Shown: piece after piece, positions 10,293 through 19,044 of the stretch
Numbering within the stretch: position 1 is the first letter of the stretch
How the letters are laid out: every line of letters starts with the position of its first letter
Program-made: the position numbers and the translations under genes
Notes under the pieces: model-generated
What the model was told of the DNA's origin: nothing
Database searches by the model: none
The model's input: only the letters and a program-made list of their open reading frames with translations
Sequence record: PQ478073.1
Length of the DNA: 64,000 nucleotides
Strand: one strand, 5' to 3'
Source: a phage

Positions 10293-11132
10293 ATGACAAA
10301 TAGACCAAAGCGTAAAAAGTATCTCAATAATGCTGATTTACTTCGTGAAATACAAAAAAGTAAAATTTCATATTGCTGGTTATTAGACAAATCATATAGT
10401 ATGTATGATTATATTGTTTTTCATGAGTCAGAAATTACTGCTGAGTTACTAGAAAAAGCTAAGGCAGCACGAATTAAACGACTGAACAATGAAATGCTTG
10501 ATAGTATTCGTGAAAAGGAAAATATGAGTGCTAAAAAAGCTAAAGAATATGCAGATGAACACAATTTAGTTATCACTGACGTTCCAATTGATGAAGTTGT
10601 TATTCGTGTTATTACAGATGAACATATTCCACCAGATACTAGAGTTAACTTTGAACCATTCAAGCATTATATTGTAGATAATGAAGGTATTCTCTATGAA
10701 GTTTGTCGTTCTCACTGGAAAGGCGACCTTGAAACTGGTGAATTCAGTACTGTTCATGGTAAAATTACAAATGAACTTGGGAAGATGTTCATTAAACTTG
10801 CAGAGGAAATCTCACACAAATCTAATTACAGAAACTATACATACTTAGATGAAATGATGGGTGATGCAAGAATACAATTAGTTAAAAACGCACTTCTCTT
10901 TAAAGAGAGCATTCTTTATAAAAAAGATAAACCAGCAGTTCAGCTAAATCCTTTCTCTTACTATACATCATTCGTAAACAATAGTTTTCGTTCTATATTG
11001 AATAGTGAGAAAAATGTTCGAAATATACGTGATGATTTACTTGAAATGCATGGCTTTACGCCATCACATACACGTCAAATTGAAATTGAATTGAACATGA
11101 TTGAAAGGAAAAATGAAGATGGCTCTGTTTGA
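10293..11132 (+). CDS. 55: late-transcription sigma factor, gp55-like
   Basis: KKYLNNADLLREIQ and NPFSYYTSFVNNSFRSILNSEKNVRNI match recalled T4 gp55 ([39 protein letters not shown]); ~100 aa longer than T4 gp55. Confidence 0.65.
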   Translation: MTNRPKRKKYLNNADLLREIQKSKISYCWLLDKSYSMYDYIVFHESEITAELLEKAKAARIKRLNNEMLDSIREKENMSAKKAKEYADEHNLVITDVPIDEVVIRVITDEHIPPDTRVNFEPFKHYIVDNEGILYEVCRSHWKGDLETGEFSTVHGKITNELGKMFIKLAEEISHKSNYRNYTYLDEMMGDARIQLVKNALLFKESILYKKDKPAVQLNPFSYYTSFVNNSFRSILNSEKNVRNIRDDLLEMHGFTPSHTRQIEIELNMIERKNEDGSV

Positions 11133-12150
11133 TAAAGCAATTACATTCACTGATATTCATTTAGGTTTAAAGAATAACAGCAAGCAACACAATGAAGATT
11201 GTTTAAACTTCATTAAATTCATGATTGAGGTAGCTAAAAAAAATAATATCAAAGTTTGTGTTTTTATGGGAGATTATTTTCATAATAGAAGTAATATCAA
11301 TATCCAAACACTAAACTATGGTTTACAAATTCTTCAATTATTAAATGATAATTTTGAAAAAGTATATTTTTTAGTAGGCAACCATGATATGTATCATAAA
11401 AACAAACGTGATATAACAAGTATCAATATGGCTCAAGTTTATGAAAATATAGAATTCATTAATGAAATTACAACATTTGATGATTGTACTTTCATTCCAT
11501 TTATGATTGAAGATGAATATAAGTTGTTACCTCAACTAAAAAGTAAGTATGTTTTTGGTCACTTAGAGTTACCAGGTTACTTGCTTAACAAGATGGTAGA
11601 AATGCCTGATCATGGAAAAGAAACAGAAGGTTCTTTTGGTGGTTGTGAGTATGTTTTTAGTGGACATTTTCATAAAAGGCAGTCAAAAACAACTTCAAAA
11701 GGAACTCGTGTAGTTTATACTGGTAATTGTTTTCCACATAATTTTTCCGATACATGGGATGATGCAAGAGGTGTAATGATCCTTGAACATGGTAAAGAAC
11801 CTATTTTCAAATCATGGGAACATGCACCAAAATATAGAACATTTACACTTTCAGAATTGTTAACTGATCCTGGTTATTATCTTCAAGATAATACAATATC
11901 AAAAGTTCAAGTTGATATATCAATAACAACAGATGAGATTAGTTTTATTCGTGATACATTTACTAAACTTTACAACATTAGAGAGTTTAATGTTGTAACG
12001 AGCAAGCAAAGTATCGCAGAATTAATTGAAGATGGTGTTAGTTTTGAAAGTACTGAATCAGTTGATGAGATTGTGTTGCAGCAAATTATGGAAATTGACT
12101 CACCCATGTTTGATAAAAATCTTCTAATCCAAATTTACAGATCGTTATAA
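11113..12150 (+). CDS. 47: recombination endonuclease subunit, Mre11/SbcD-like (gp47)
   Basis: Calcineurin-like phosphoesterase motifs FTDIHLG, MGDYFH, GNHD, GHLE, SGHFH. Confidence 0.85.
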   Translation: MKMALFDKAITFTDIHLGLKNNSKQHNEDCLNFIKFMIEVAKKNNIKVCVFMGDYFHNRSNINIQTLNYGLQILQLLNDNFEKVYFLVGNHDMYHKNKRDITSINMAQVYENIEFINEITTFDDCTFIPFMIEDEYKLLPQLKSKYVFGHLELPGYLLNKMVEMPDHGKETEGSFGGCEYVFSGHFHKRQSKTTSKGTRVVYTGNCFPHNFSDTWDDARGVMILEHGKEPIFKSWEHAPKYRTFTLSELLTDPGYYLQDNTISKVQVDISITTDEISFIRDTFTKLYNIREFNVVTSKQSIAELIEDGVSFESTESVDEIVLQQIMEIDSPMFDKNLLIQIYRSL

Positions 12151-12158
12151 GGGACTAT

Positions 12159-14306
12159 ATGCTAAACATTACACGTATATCTATGAGGAACTTCTTTTCA
12201 TTTGGTAATGCACCACAATCAATTGAATTGAATGGTTCTGACATTTCATTAGTACTGGGTCAAAATAATGATGCAGTTATTGAAGGTGGTGACAGCACCG
12301 GACGTCGAAATGGTGTCGGGAAAAGTGCTATTATTCAAGGATTAGTTTTTGGATTATTTGGGAAAAGTATTGGTAATGATATTAAAATTCCTAACTTAGT
12401 CAATAAAACTAATGGTAAAAATTGTGAAGTAGTTGTAGAGTTTGAAAAAGATGGTGTACAATATCTGGTTGAACGTGGGAGAAGTCCCACGTATTTCAAT
12501 TTTGTTACTTTAGGGAAAGATAATAAAATTGAAGATGAATCAAGGGGAGAAAAGAAAGACACACAAGAAGATTTGAATGAAATTCTTGGTATATCTCAAT
12601 TATTATTTGAACATATTGTAGTACTGAATGCTAACGTTGAACCTTTCTTAGCTTTATCCACACAAAAACAACGTGATATGATAGAAGAACTTCTTGGAAT
12701 AACACAGTTGACGGAAAAAGCTGAAATGCTAAAGGAGATGTATAAGGATACTAAACGTTTAGCCGAACAAGAAAAGTTCAAAAATGAAACTGTAGCTGCA
12801 AGTAATGAACGTATTCAAAAAAGTATTGAGACACTACAAGAACAGGCAAACCAGTTTGAAATTGATAAAAATAATAGAGTATCTAAGTTAAATGAAGAGT
12901 TGAATATATATAAAACTTTAGACTTTAATGACCTCTATGAAGCTGCTGATATAAAAGAGAAAGCTCTTATTCATAACGCAAAGCGTGGGGAAATCGAACG
13001 CCGTGTACAAGAGTTGGCTTTAAAATTTGATGCATATGACCGTGAACTTGAAAGATCTAAAAGAGCATTAAATCTAAGCATTGATAAGCTAAAAACTATT
13101 GATATTAGTGCAGAATTGGAAAATCATAATGAGTTGGAGATATGGAAACAGTTAGAGGGTATTCTAAAAGAGAATAATAACCAAAAACGTTTCAAAGAAC
13201 AAAAACTAAACTCACTAAAAATAGCTTTAAAAGGATATGAATGTTCAATTAATGCTGAAATTGACAAATTATCAACAGTTGAAAACAGCAAATGTCCACT
13301 TTGTATGTCTGAATTAGAACATAACGAACATACTTCTTCAATTAAAGACAAAATCCAAAGTACTATTAATGATCTTCAAGCTAAAATTGATAGTTCTTCT
13401 TCTGAAATTGAAACATTACTTCAAGAAATTGATAGTATTGAGATTTTTGATATGCCACCTAAGCCTGTGACATATTATAATACACTTTCAGAAGCACAAA
13501 TGCATGAACATAAGCTTCAAGAATTGGTCAGAAAGAGTGAAGAAGAACAAATAAACATCTATGCAAATGAACTTATGTCATCATATGATGAACTTAACTC
13601 ATATGAACTAATGGAAGTTCCAGATACATTAAACAAATATGAAGTTAAAGAGTTAGAAATGACTGTAAATTCATTATCACAGCAATTAGATCGTGAATTG
13701 AAGACTACTAACACATTTATTAGCCAAATTAATACCCTGAAGACTGATTCTTTAGTACCAATCGATTATAGCGACTATAATAATCTTGATAAAATGTCAA
13801 ATCACCAAGATTTCTTGGTTAAATTACTTTTAAACAAGGATTCTTATGTCCGTAAACGTATTATTGAGCAAAATATCTCATATTTGAATACACGACTTCA
13901 GTACTATATCGATATGTGCGGTTCTGAGCATAATGTTGTGTTTTTGAATGATTTGAGTGTTGAAATTGAGAAGAGTGGACAGTACTTTGACTATAAACAG
14001 CTTAGTAGAGGTGAGCGTACAAGGGTAAACATCGCATTATCTTGTGCTTTCCGTGATACATATGAGTCATTATACCAAAGTATTAATATTCTTATCATTG
14101 ATGAGATGATTGACCAAGGTCTTGACTCAAGTGGTGTTCTACGTGTGTGGTCTATCTTCCAAGATATGGCTGCTGTACGTGGTAAGAACGTTTATGCTAT
14201 TTCCCACAGAGAAGAGTTACTATCTAAGACTGAAAAAATCCTCAAAGTTGTTAAAGAGGACGGTTTCAGTACTGTTGAATATGCAACCCTTGACGATGTT
14301 TTCTAA
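12159..14306 (+). CDS. 46: recombination endonuclease subunit, Rad50/SbcC-like (gp46)
   Basis: Walker A NGVGKSAI, coiled-coil with CPLC zinc hook, signature LSRGER, Walker B ILIIDE. Confidence 0.85.
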   Translation: MLNITRISMRNFFSFGNAPQSIELNGSDISLVLGQNNDAVIEGGDSTGRRNGVGKSAIIQGLVFGLFGKSIGNDIKIPNLVNKTNGKNCEVVVEFEKDGVQYLVERGRSPTYFNFVTLGKDNKIEDESRGEKKDTQEDLNEILGISQLLFEHIVVLNANVEPFLALSTQKQRDMIEELLGITQLTEKAEMLKEMYKDTKRLAEQEKFKNETVAASNERIQKSIETLQEQANQFEIDKNNRVSKLNEELNIYKTLDFNDLYEAADIKEKALIHNAKRGEIERRVQELALKFDAYDRELERSKRALNLSIDKLKTIDISAELENHNELEIWKQLEGILKENNNQKRFKEQKLNSLKIALKGYECSINAEIDKLSTVENSKCPLCMSELEHNEHTSSIKDKIQSTINDLQAKIDSSSSEIETLLQEIDSIEIFDMPPKPVTYYNTLSEAQMHEHKLQELVRKSEEEQINIYANELMSSYDELNSYELMEVPDTLNKYEVKELEMTVNSLSQQLDRELKTTNTFISQINTLKTDSLVPIDYSDYNNLDKMSNHQDFLVKLLLNKDSYVRKRIIEQNISYLNTRLQYYIDMCGSEHNVVFLNDLSVEIEKSGQYFDYKQLSRGERTRVNIALSCAFRDTYESLYQSINILIIDEMIDQGLDSSGVLRVWSIFQDMAAVRGKNVYAISHREELLSKTEKILKVVKEDGFSTVEYATLDDVF

Positions 14307-14314
14307 TTAAAGAT

Positions 14315-14341
14315 AAAGGGAGCCTTAGCTCCCTTTTTTTA
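14315..14341. terminator. bidirectional intrinsic terminator between convergent genes
   Basis: AAAGGGAGC-ctta-GCTCCCTTT then TTTTTTT; stop codon of minus-strand gene lies in the loop. Confidence 0.6.
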
Positions 14342-14816
14342 TATCAACCATATTTAATTTACCGTCCTTAATCAGCTTTCTAGCTTGCTTTACACGAGCA
14401 GTAGTGTTACTACCAGGGACAACTCCTAACCCTTCCAGAATCGCGTTTTGCTGTGTTGCTGGAAGCCTTTTAAACTTATTAACATCCACAGTTAGTGCAG
14501 TGTGATGTATAACTTGTTCATCGTCAGGAATGCTGTTATTACGCTCTAAGTAATCAGCAAGATTTCTGAGTACCTCATATAATGGTTTATCAGTTAAGTG
14601 CTTCATATATCGATTGAAGCTGTTTTGTACCTTTCCTTCCCAAGCATTGACTTCATTTTGAAGAACTTGTCTACAATGTTGGTTACCATAGTGGTAGTGA
14701 TCCAGTACTGGTTTAGTTATTGGTTCTTTAATTATAGGATCTATTCCATTTTGTTTCTTTAGCAATTCGTTTCGATAGTTTGCAGCATCCTTACTATCTT
14801 TTAATCTTTTTTTCAT
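14325..14816 (-). CDS. endonuclease VII-like His-Me finger nuclease (gp49-like), zinc ligands absent
   Basis: LDHYHY...NEVNAWEGK...FNR aligns with recalled T4 EndoVII HLDHDHE...CNAAEGQ...FNR; TATAAATA late box 30 nt upstream on minus strand. Confidence 0.45.
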   Translation of the reverse strand: MKKRLKDSKDAANYRNELLKKQNGIDPIIKEPITKPVLDHYHYGNQHCRQVLQNEVNAWEGKVQNSFNRYMKHLTDKPLYEVLRNLADYLERNNSIPDDEQVIHHTALTVDVNKFKRLPATQQNAILEGLGVVPGSNTTARVKQARKLIKDGKLNMVDIKKGS

Positions 14817-14846
14817 AATTCCTCACCAAACTATTTGTTATCAAAA

Positions 14847-14854
14847 TATTTATA
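14847..14854 (-). promoter_or_regulatory. late promoter box TATAAATA (EndoVII-like gene)
   Basis: Exact TATAAATA on minus strand 30 nt upstream of ATG at 14816. Confidence 0.5.
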
Positions 14855-14907
14855 GATTAGTTATTTGCAATATTTTAAGTACTTAATGAATATTTTTATA
14901 AAAATAG

Positions 14908-14936
14908 TGAGACAACTTTAAAGTTTGTGCTATAAT
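14908..14936 (+). promoter_or_regulatory. early/middle promoter, tGAGACA-N17-TGcTATAAT family
   Basis: TGAGAC, 17-bp spacer, extended -10 TGCTATAAT. Confidence 0.5.
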
Positions 14937-14942
14937 GTTTGT

Positions 14943-15397
14943 TGTAGTAATGACAATCCTGTTGAATGCAGAAATGCATATAAATTAGAACCTGATCCTA
15001 TCGAAAATGTAGATGGCAGATGAGCAGTTCAACAGTGCGATGAGCAAAAGAAACCCGTTAGATGTGGGCATAGTTTGAACCCCTCACGGCAATGCGGCTC
15101 AATAAAGAACTCCGATAAGCATACAGAGAGTTCCTAGATAGACATATAAGGATCGCACCTTACCAGATTTGCTAAGGGAGTTTATTAAGTGATTTTAATA
15201 AACAGCCTGAAGTTTGATTGTATAGACTTTCAGGTGAGTGTCAGGATGATTAAGACTGACGACCGTTGCACATGACTGCGATAGAGAGAAACAGAGCAAC
15301 CCGCTTTCGTTCTTAATATATTTTTAAGAAATTCGCAATACAATAAATGCTGAAACCATCAGCGTCAAGAAATAGAGACTTCATTGTCTCTTTTTTA
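14943..15397 (+). ncRNA. candidate structured non-coding RNA, family unknown
   Basis: Promoter 14908-14936 and intrinsic terminator 15374-15397 bracket ~455 nt with no ORF >=60 aa, elevated GC and several hairpins. Confidence 0.4.
15374..15397 (+). terminator. intrinsic terminator of candidate ncRNA
   Basis: AGAGAC-ttcatt-GTCTCT followed by TTTTTTATT. Confidence 0.6.
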
Positions 15398-15490
15398 TTG
15401 TCTTCATTCCCCTGCGGGGGGATGAAAATGTCCTCAACAAATCCCGTCAAGTATTAAATCTTTTAAAGTTCTTTATAATTAATTTAATTA

Positions 15491-15550
15491 AATGAATATG
15501 AGTTACGTAGTAACGAATATTCTTCAGCTAACGAATGAAATGAGTTAGAT
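15491..15550. repeat. AT-rich direct/inverted repeat cluster
   Basis: AATGAATATGAGTTA ... TAACGAAT ... TAACGAAT ... AAATGAGTTA; GTTAC-gta-GTAAC palindrome. Confidence 0.4.
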
Positions 15551-15615
15551 GAATCCAATAATATTAAAATTAATCCTTTCATAATTCAATTCAAATAATT
15601 CTGTAGTTTAAAACC

Positions 15616-15641
15616 AAAAAAAACCAGCAACAATGTGCTGG
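15616..15641 (-). terminator. intrinsic terminator
   Basis: CCAGCA-cattgt-TGCTGG hairpin followed by T8 on minus strand, after 15653 gene. Confidence 0.55.
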
Positions 15642-15652
15642 CTATATGAAAA

Positions 15653-15862
15653 TTAGTGCTTCTCGTTTTGTTTTTTAATTTTTTTATTAAAAGACTTAAC
15701 TAATAAGTCTCTATCTATTAATGGCATATTAAGGAGTGTTCCATAGTCAATGTTATCCATATATACAGAACATTCCATTAGTGCATTTTTGATTTCTGAC
15801 TTATTCAGTTCTATCTCCTTCAGTACTTCTTGTATTTCTTCAGGAGATGACTGGAGAAGCAT
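15653..15862 (-). CDS. hypothetical protein
   Basis: 69-aa ORF; start overlaps stop of upstream gene at 15862; minus-strand terminator follows. Confidence 0.5.
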   Translation of the reverse strand: MLLQSSPEEIQEVLKEIELNKSEIKNALMECSVYMDNIDYGTLLNMPLIDRDLLVKSFNKKIKKQNEKH

Positions 15863-16698
15863 TACTCGAAAAAATGACTAGGATCATATTTTAGTCCATC
15901 AATTTCCCATTGATGATTACATCCATCACATTCTACTTCCATACTATGAGATACACCAATTTCAAGTACTTCATCCATTTTTTCACGAATTAGTTTAAGT
16001 ACTCCCTTCGATTGTTGTCCAAGCCATTCATTAATAAATTCTTTTTCAACTACTTCATCACCATCTGGTGTTATAATTTTTGCAATAACTCCACCAATCA
16101 TATCGAAGTTAAGTTGAGCCATGTTTTCAAATACTTCAGAAAATATTTTTACTTTTTCATCTTTATCAATATCAGCAGTTTCAAGAAACTTAGTCTTCTG
16201 CTGCTCACTGAACATGCGTTCAGCAAACGATGAATATTCTTTCCATGTCAGTGGTCTAAATTCTAAACGTAGTCCATTATCTAAATCAATTGATGGGATT
16301 TCTTCAAATGCTTGTGCAGTTTCAAGAAGATATGATAGATTACGTTCAAATCGACCTTCTTTTTCACATTCAGGACATACAACGTTAATATCATATGTTT
16401 CTTCTTTAGAAGCAACTTTAATAGCAATAAGAAGCATTTCAACGTCATTTACATACAACTCATCAGCGTCAATTACATTAGGAACACAGTTTTCAATAAC
16501 ACGGGATACTGCATCTCCGTTTAGTAACATATCGGGGGTATTAAGTGTCATTTCATCACGTGCACTACGTGCACAAACTCCACATTTGACACCTTTTGGG
16601 CCTAGAACTCCTTCTTTATAAGGAATAACGCCGTTTGTAACTAACTTAGTACTGATCTCTTCAATTTTAGTGTACTTAGCAAGTGGATTCATAGCCAT
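15862..16698 (-). CDS. late protein with CxxC zinc-ribbon motifs
   Basis: 278 aa; CGVC, CPEC, CDGC pairs; TATAAATA late box 35 nt upstream on minus strand. Confidence 0.55.
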   Translation of the reverse strand: MAMNPLAKYTKIEEISTKLVTNGVIPYKEGVLGPKGVKCGVCARSARDEMTLNTPDMLLNGDAVSRVIENCVPNVIDADELYVNDVEMLLIAIKVASKEETYDINVVCPECEKEGRFERNLSYLLETAQAFEEIPSIDLDNGLRLEFRPLTWKEYSSFAERMFSEQQKTKFLETADIDKDEKVKIFSEVFENMAQLNFDMIGGVIAKIITPDGDEVVEKEFINEWLGQQSKGVLKLIREKMDEVLEIGVSHSMEVECDGCNHQWEIDGLKYDPSHFFE

Positions 16699-16732
16699 TT
16701 TATTAAATCTCCATGTAATAAATGTGTTTTAG

Positions 16733-16740
16733 TATTTATA
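16733..16740 (-). promoter_or_regulatory. late promoter box TATAAATA (zinc-ribbon late gene)
   Basis: Exact TATAAATA on minus strand 35 nt upstream of ATG at 16698. Confidence 0.5.
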
Positions 16741-16828
16741 AGACTAAAAAAGATTAAATTAAACTAATTTTTATATTCTCTATAGTTTCATAAATATTTC
16801 TATAATACATCTATTAAAAGGGAATGTT

Positions 16829-19033
16829 ATGGCTGGAAATACAAGTGATTACCTACTCCAGCAGTTGGTTAATCAAACTAAAGATAACAACGATAGTTTG
16901 AGTGCTATACGTGAGTTATTGGCTGAAAATATAAAAAATGATAGAAAGAAATCCGGTTCTAAAAGTGGAAAACGTAATGGAAGTAATTCATCAAGTTCTG
17001 GAAACCGTGGCTCTCGAACAAATAACAAAGCTGATGATGGTAAAGAATTTGGAAAAATATTCAAATCATTATCATCTGAAGTATCGAATGTCGGCAAAAC
17101 TATGATGAGTACGTCTGCAAACGTTAGCAATGTTGTAAACTCACTAGGAATGAGTGCATCTTCATTTGCTGGTTCATTAGCAATGATCCCAGGTCCAGTT
17201 GGTGCAGCAGCATCTGCATTCAAATTGGTTGCTGACGCTGGTTTAGCAGTTTATAATGTGTTAAATGCACAGCTTGAAGTTTATAATAGAATAAACAGTG
17301 CTGGTGTCGCTCTATCTGAAGGTTACGGCTCCATATTAAAAGGTGCTGGTGCATCAATGATGAGTATTGATGCATTTGGTGAAGCATTACAAACTCATAG
17401 TGCCGTTGTTGCACAATTAGATGGTGCATATGGTGATGGTGTTTCTACATTTGGTAAATTATTGGGTACTGTGCAACAAGCACAAAATCAATTAGGTTTA
17501 TATGGTGTTTCTCAAAAAACATTAACTGATTTAACTGCACGTAATATTAAATTCCAAAAGCAATTTGGTGGAAGAGAAATGTTACGTAGTATGGATCAAG
17601 CAAAAAGTACTGAACAGTTTATCATGAGTATGACTAAGTTCAGTAAAAGTATGGGTGAGTCAGTTGATGCACTATTAAATAAAACACAAAACTTAGATAA
17701 ATCATTAGACACACGTTCAATGCAAATCGCATTACAAAACTATTCTGGATTATCTAGTAAAGCAGCAGTTGCAACATCAAAAGCATTTAACGAAGCTGCT
17801 GCCAGTATGGGTGATGCTGGTGCAGATTTTCTACGTTTAATTTCACATCGTTTAACTATTGGTGGAGTACCAGATGATTTATTGACTCCAGTACTGAACC
17901 AATTTGCTGATTTAGGTGAGAACTTGGTACGTAGTGGTGTTACTGATTCACAAGAAATTCGCCGTCAACAATTGGAATTTGTTAAAAAGAACAAAGAACT
18001 AATAAAGCAAGATTTATTAAATCAGATACAATTAGGAAACACTACGGCAGCAACCTTCAACCAACAACTACTTGATATGGAAGCTGCGATTAATGATCCT
18101 AAGAGTCAACCAGCAGATAAACTAACACAATTCACTGATAGATTCAATAGATGGATTAGTAAAGAATTTACTGAACCATTTAATAAAATGTATGCAGATA
18201 CACAAAATTCTATTGCGGATTACCTTACTGATATTGCAGACCGTACTGATGGTGCATGGGAATTTATCGGAGAGTTAGCACTTGATGGTTTTGGTTTGGT
18301 TCCTATTGCGAAAGATGCAGTTGCGTATTTGGATAGGATTGGTGGTGAGTTTGAGCAGTGGTTAGAAGGGTTAGGTACTGAAATTTTTGGTAGTGGATAT
18401 AATAAAGTTTCAGAAGCATTTGATAGCTTTATGAATAACCTAATGGATCTTCCTGGTAAACTTTGGGATTCTGTTAAAGGTTGGTTTGGTGGATCAGACG
18501 ACAAAGTAAAAGTAGAAAACAATTCTGTTACCGATGGTGCAGAAAAAGTTAATAATTATTTTGAAGAAAAAATGAATTCATTTGGTGATTATATTTCTAG
18601 TTCATTTGATGGTTTTTTAAAATGGAATTCAAGTAGAAACTTTAAACAACCAAAACCCCTTGATGAATCAGTTGCTGAAAAACTTATTAGTAGTGGTCTT
18701 GAAAATAAGCCAAGAGCAACTGCGAGAATCGAAAAATCTGAACATGTTGCACCATATGTTACCATAACTCCAAAAACTTTTGATAAATCAGCATGGGGTC
18801 CAAATGAACCACCAATTCAAGCTGAACCGGACGATTATGAGGCCATGAAAGCGATGATAAATAGTGGTAGTAGTATGGCAAATGCTAATAATAATGCCAC
18901 AATATCAGAAGACATGAAAGAGTTACTTAAAAAACTTGCTGATGTTAATGAGCAATCTCTATCTGCCGTGCAACAGACAAATAACTATCTAAGAACTATC
19001 TCTGAAAACACTCAAGGTGAGAGAAACAGTTAA
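16829..19033 (+). CDS. virion structural protein (tape-measure-like or internal protein?)
   Basis: 734 aa; low-complexity S/G/N-rich N-terminus and Ala-rich helical segments; immediately precedes portal gene. Confidence 0.5.
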   Translation: MAGNTSDYLLQQLVNQTKDNNDSLSAIRELLAENIKNDRKKSGSKSGKRNGSNSSSSGNRGSRTNNKADDGKEFGKIFKSLSSEVSNVGKTMMSTSANVSNVVNSLGMSASSFAGSLAMIPGPVGAAASAFKLVADAGLAVYNVLNAQLEVYNRINSAGVALSEGYGSILKGAGASMMSIDAFGEALQTHSAVVAQLDGAYGDGVSTFGKLLGTVQQAQNQLGLYGVSQKTLTDLTARNIKFQKQFGGREMLRSMDQAKSTEQFIMSMTKFSKSMGESVDALLNKTQNLDKSLDTRSMQIALQNYSGLSSKAAVATSKAFNEAAASMGDAGADFLRLISHRLTIGGVPDDLLTPVLNQFADLGENLVRSGVTDSQEIRRQQLEFVKKNKELIKQDLLNQIQLGNTTAATFNQQLLDMEAAINDPKSQPADKLTQFTDRFNRWISKEFTEPFNKMYADTQNSIADYLTDIADRTDGAWEFIGELALDGFGLVPIAKDAVAYLDRIGGEFEQWLEGLGTEIFGSGYNKVSEAFDSFMNNLMDLPGKLWDSVKGWFGGSDDKVKVENNSVTDGAEKVNNYFEEKMNSFGDYISSSFDGFLKWNSSRNFKQPKPLDESVAEKLISSGLENKPRATARIEKSEHVAPYVTITPKTFDKSAWGPNEPPIQAEPDDYEAMKAMINSGSSMANANNNATISEDMKELLKKLADVNEQSLSAVQQTNNYLRTISENTQGERNS

Positions 19034-19044
19034 GGACGAAAATA

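Noticed and set aside
12335-13351. Short minus-strand ORFs inside the Rad50-like gene
   Set aside because: Antisense to a gene with Walker A/B and zinc-hook motifs
14943-15397. tRNA gene cluster in the ORF-free interval
   Set aside because: No canonical T-loop (GTTCRANYC with flanking stem) or cloverleaf could be assembled by eye; left as ncRNA of unknown family pending tRNAscan
14325-15862. Group I intron splitting one minus-strand gene into exons 15653-15862 and 14325-14816
   Set aside because: Downstream ORF has its own TATAAATA promoter, RBS and ATG, and a terminator follows the upstream ORF; promoter and terminator of the interval are on the plus strand
16121-16621. 166-aa plus-strand ORF inside the minus-strand late gene 15862-16698
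   Set aside because: Fully antisense to a well-supported gene with promoter and terminator; no independent signals
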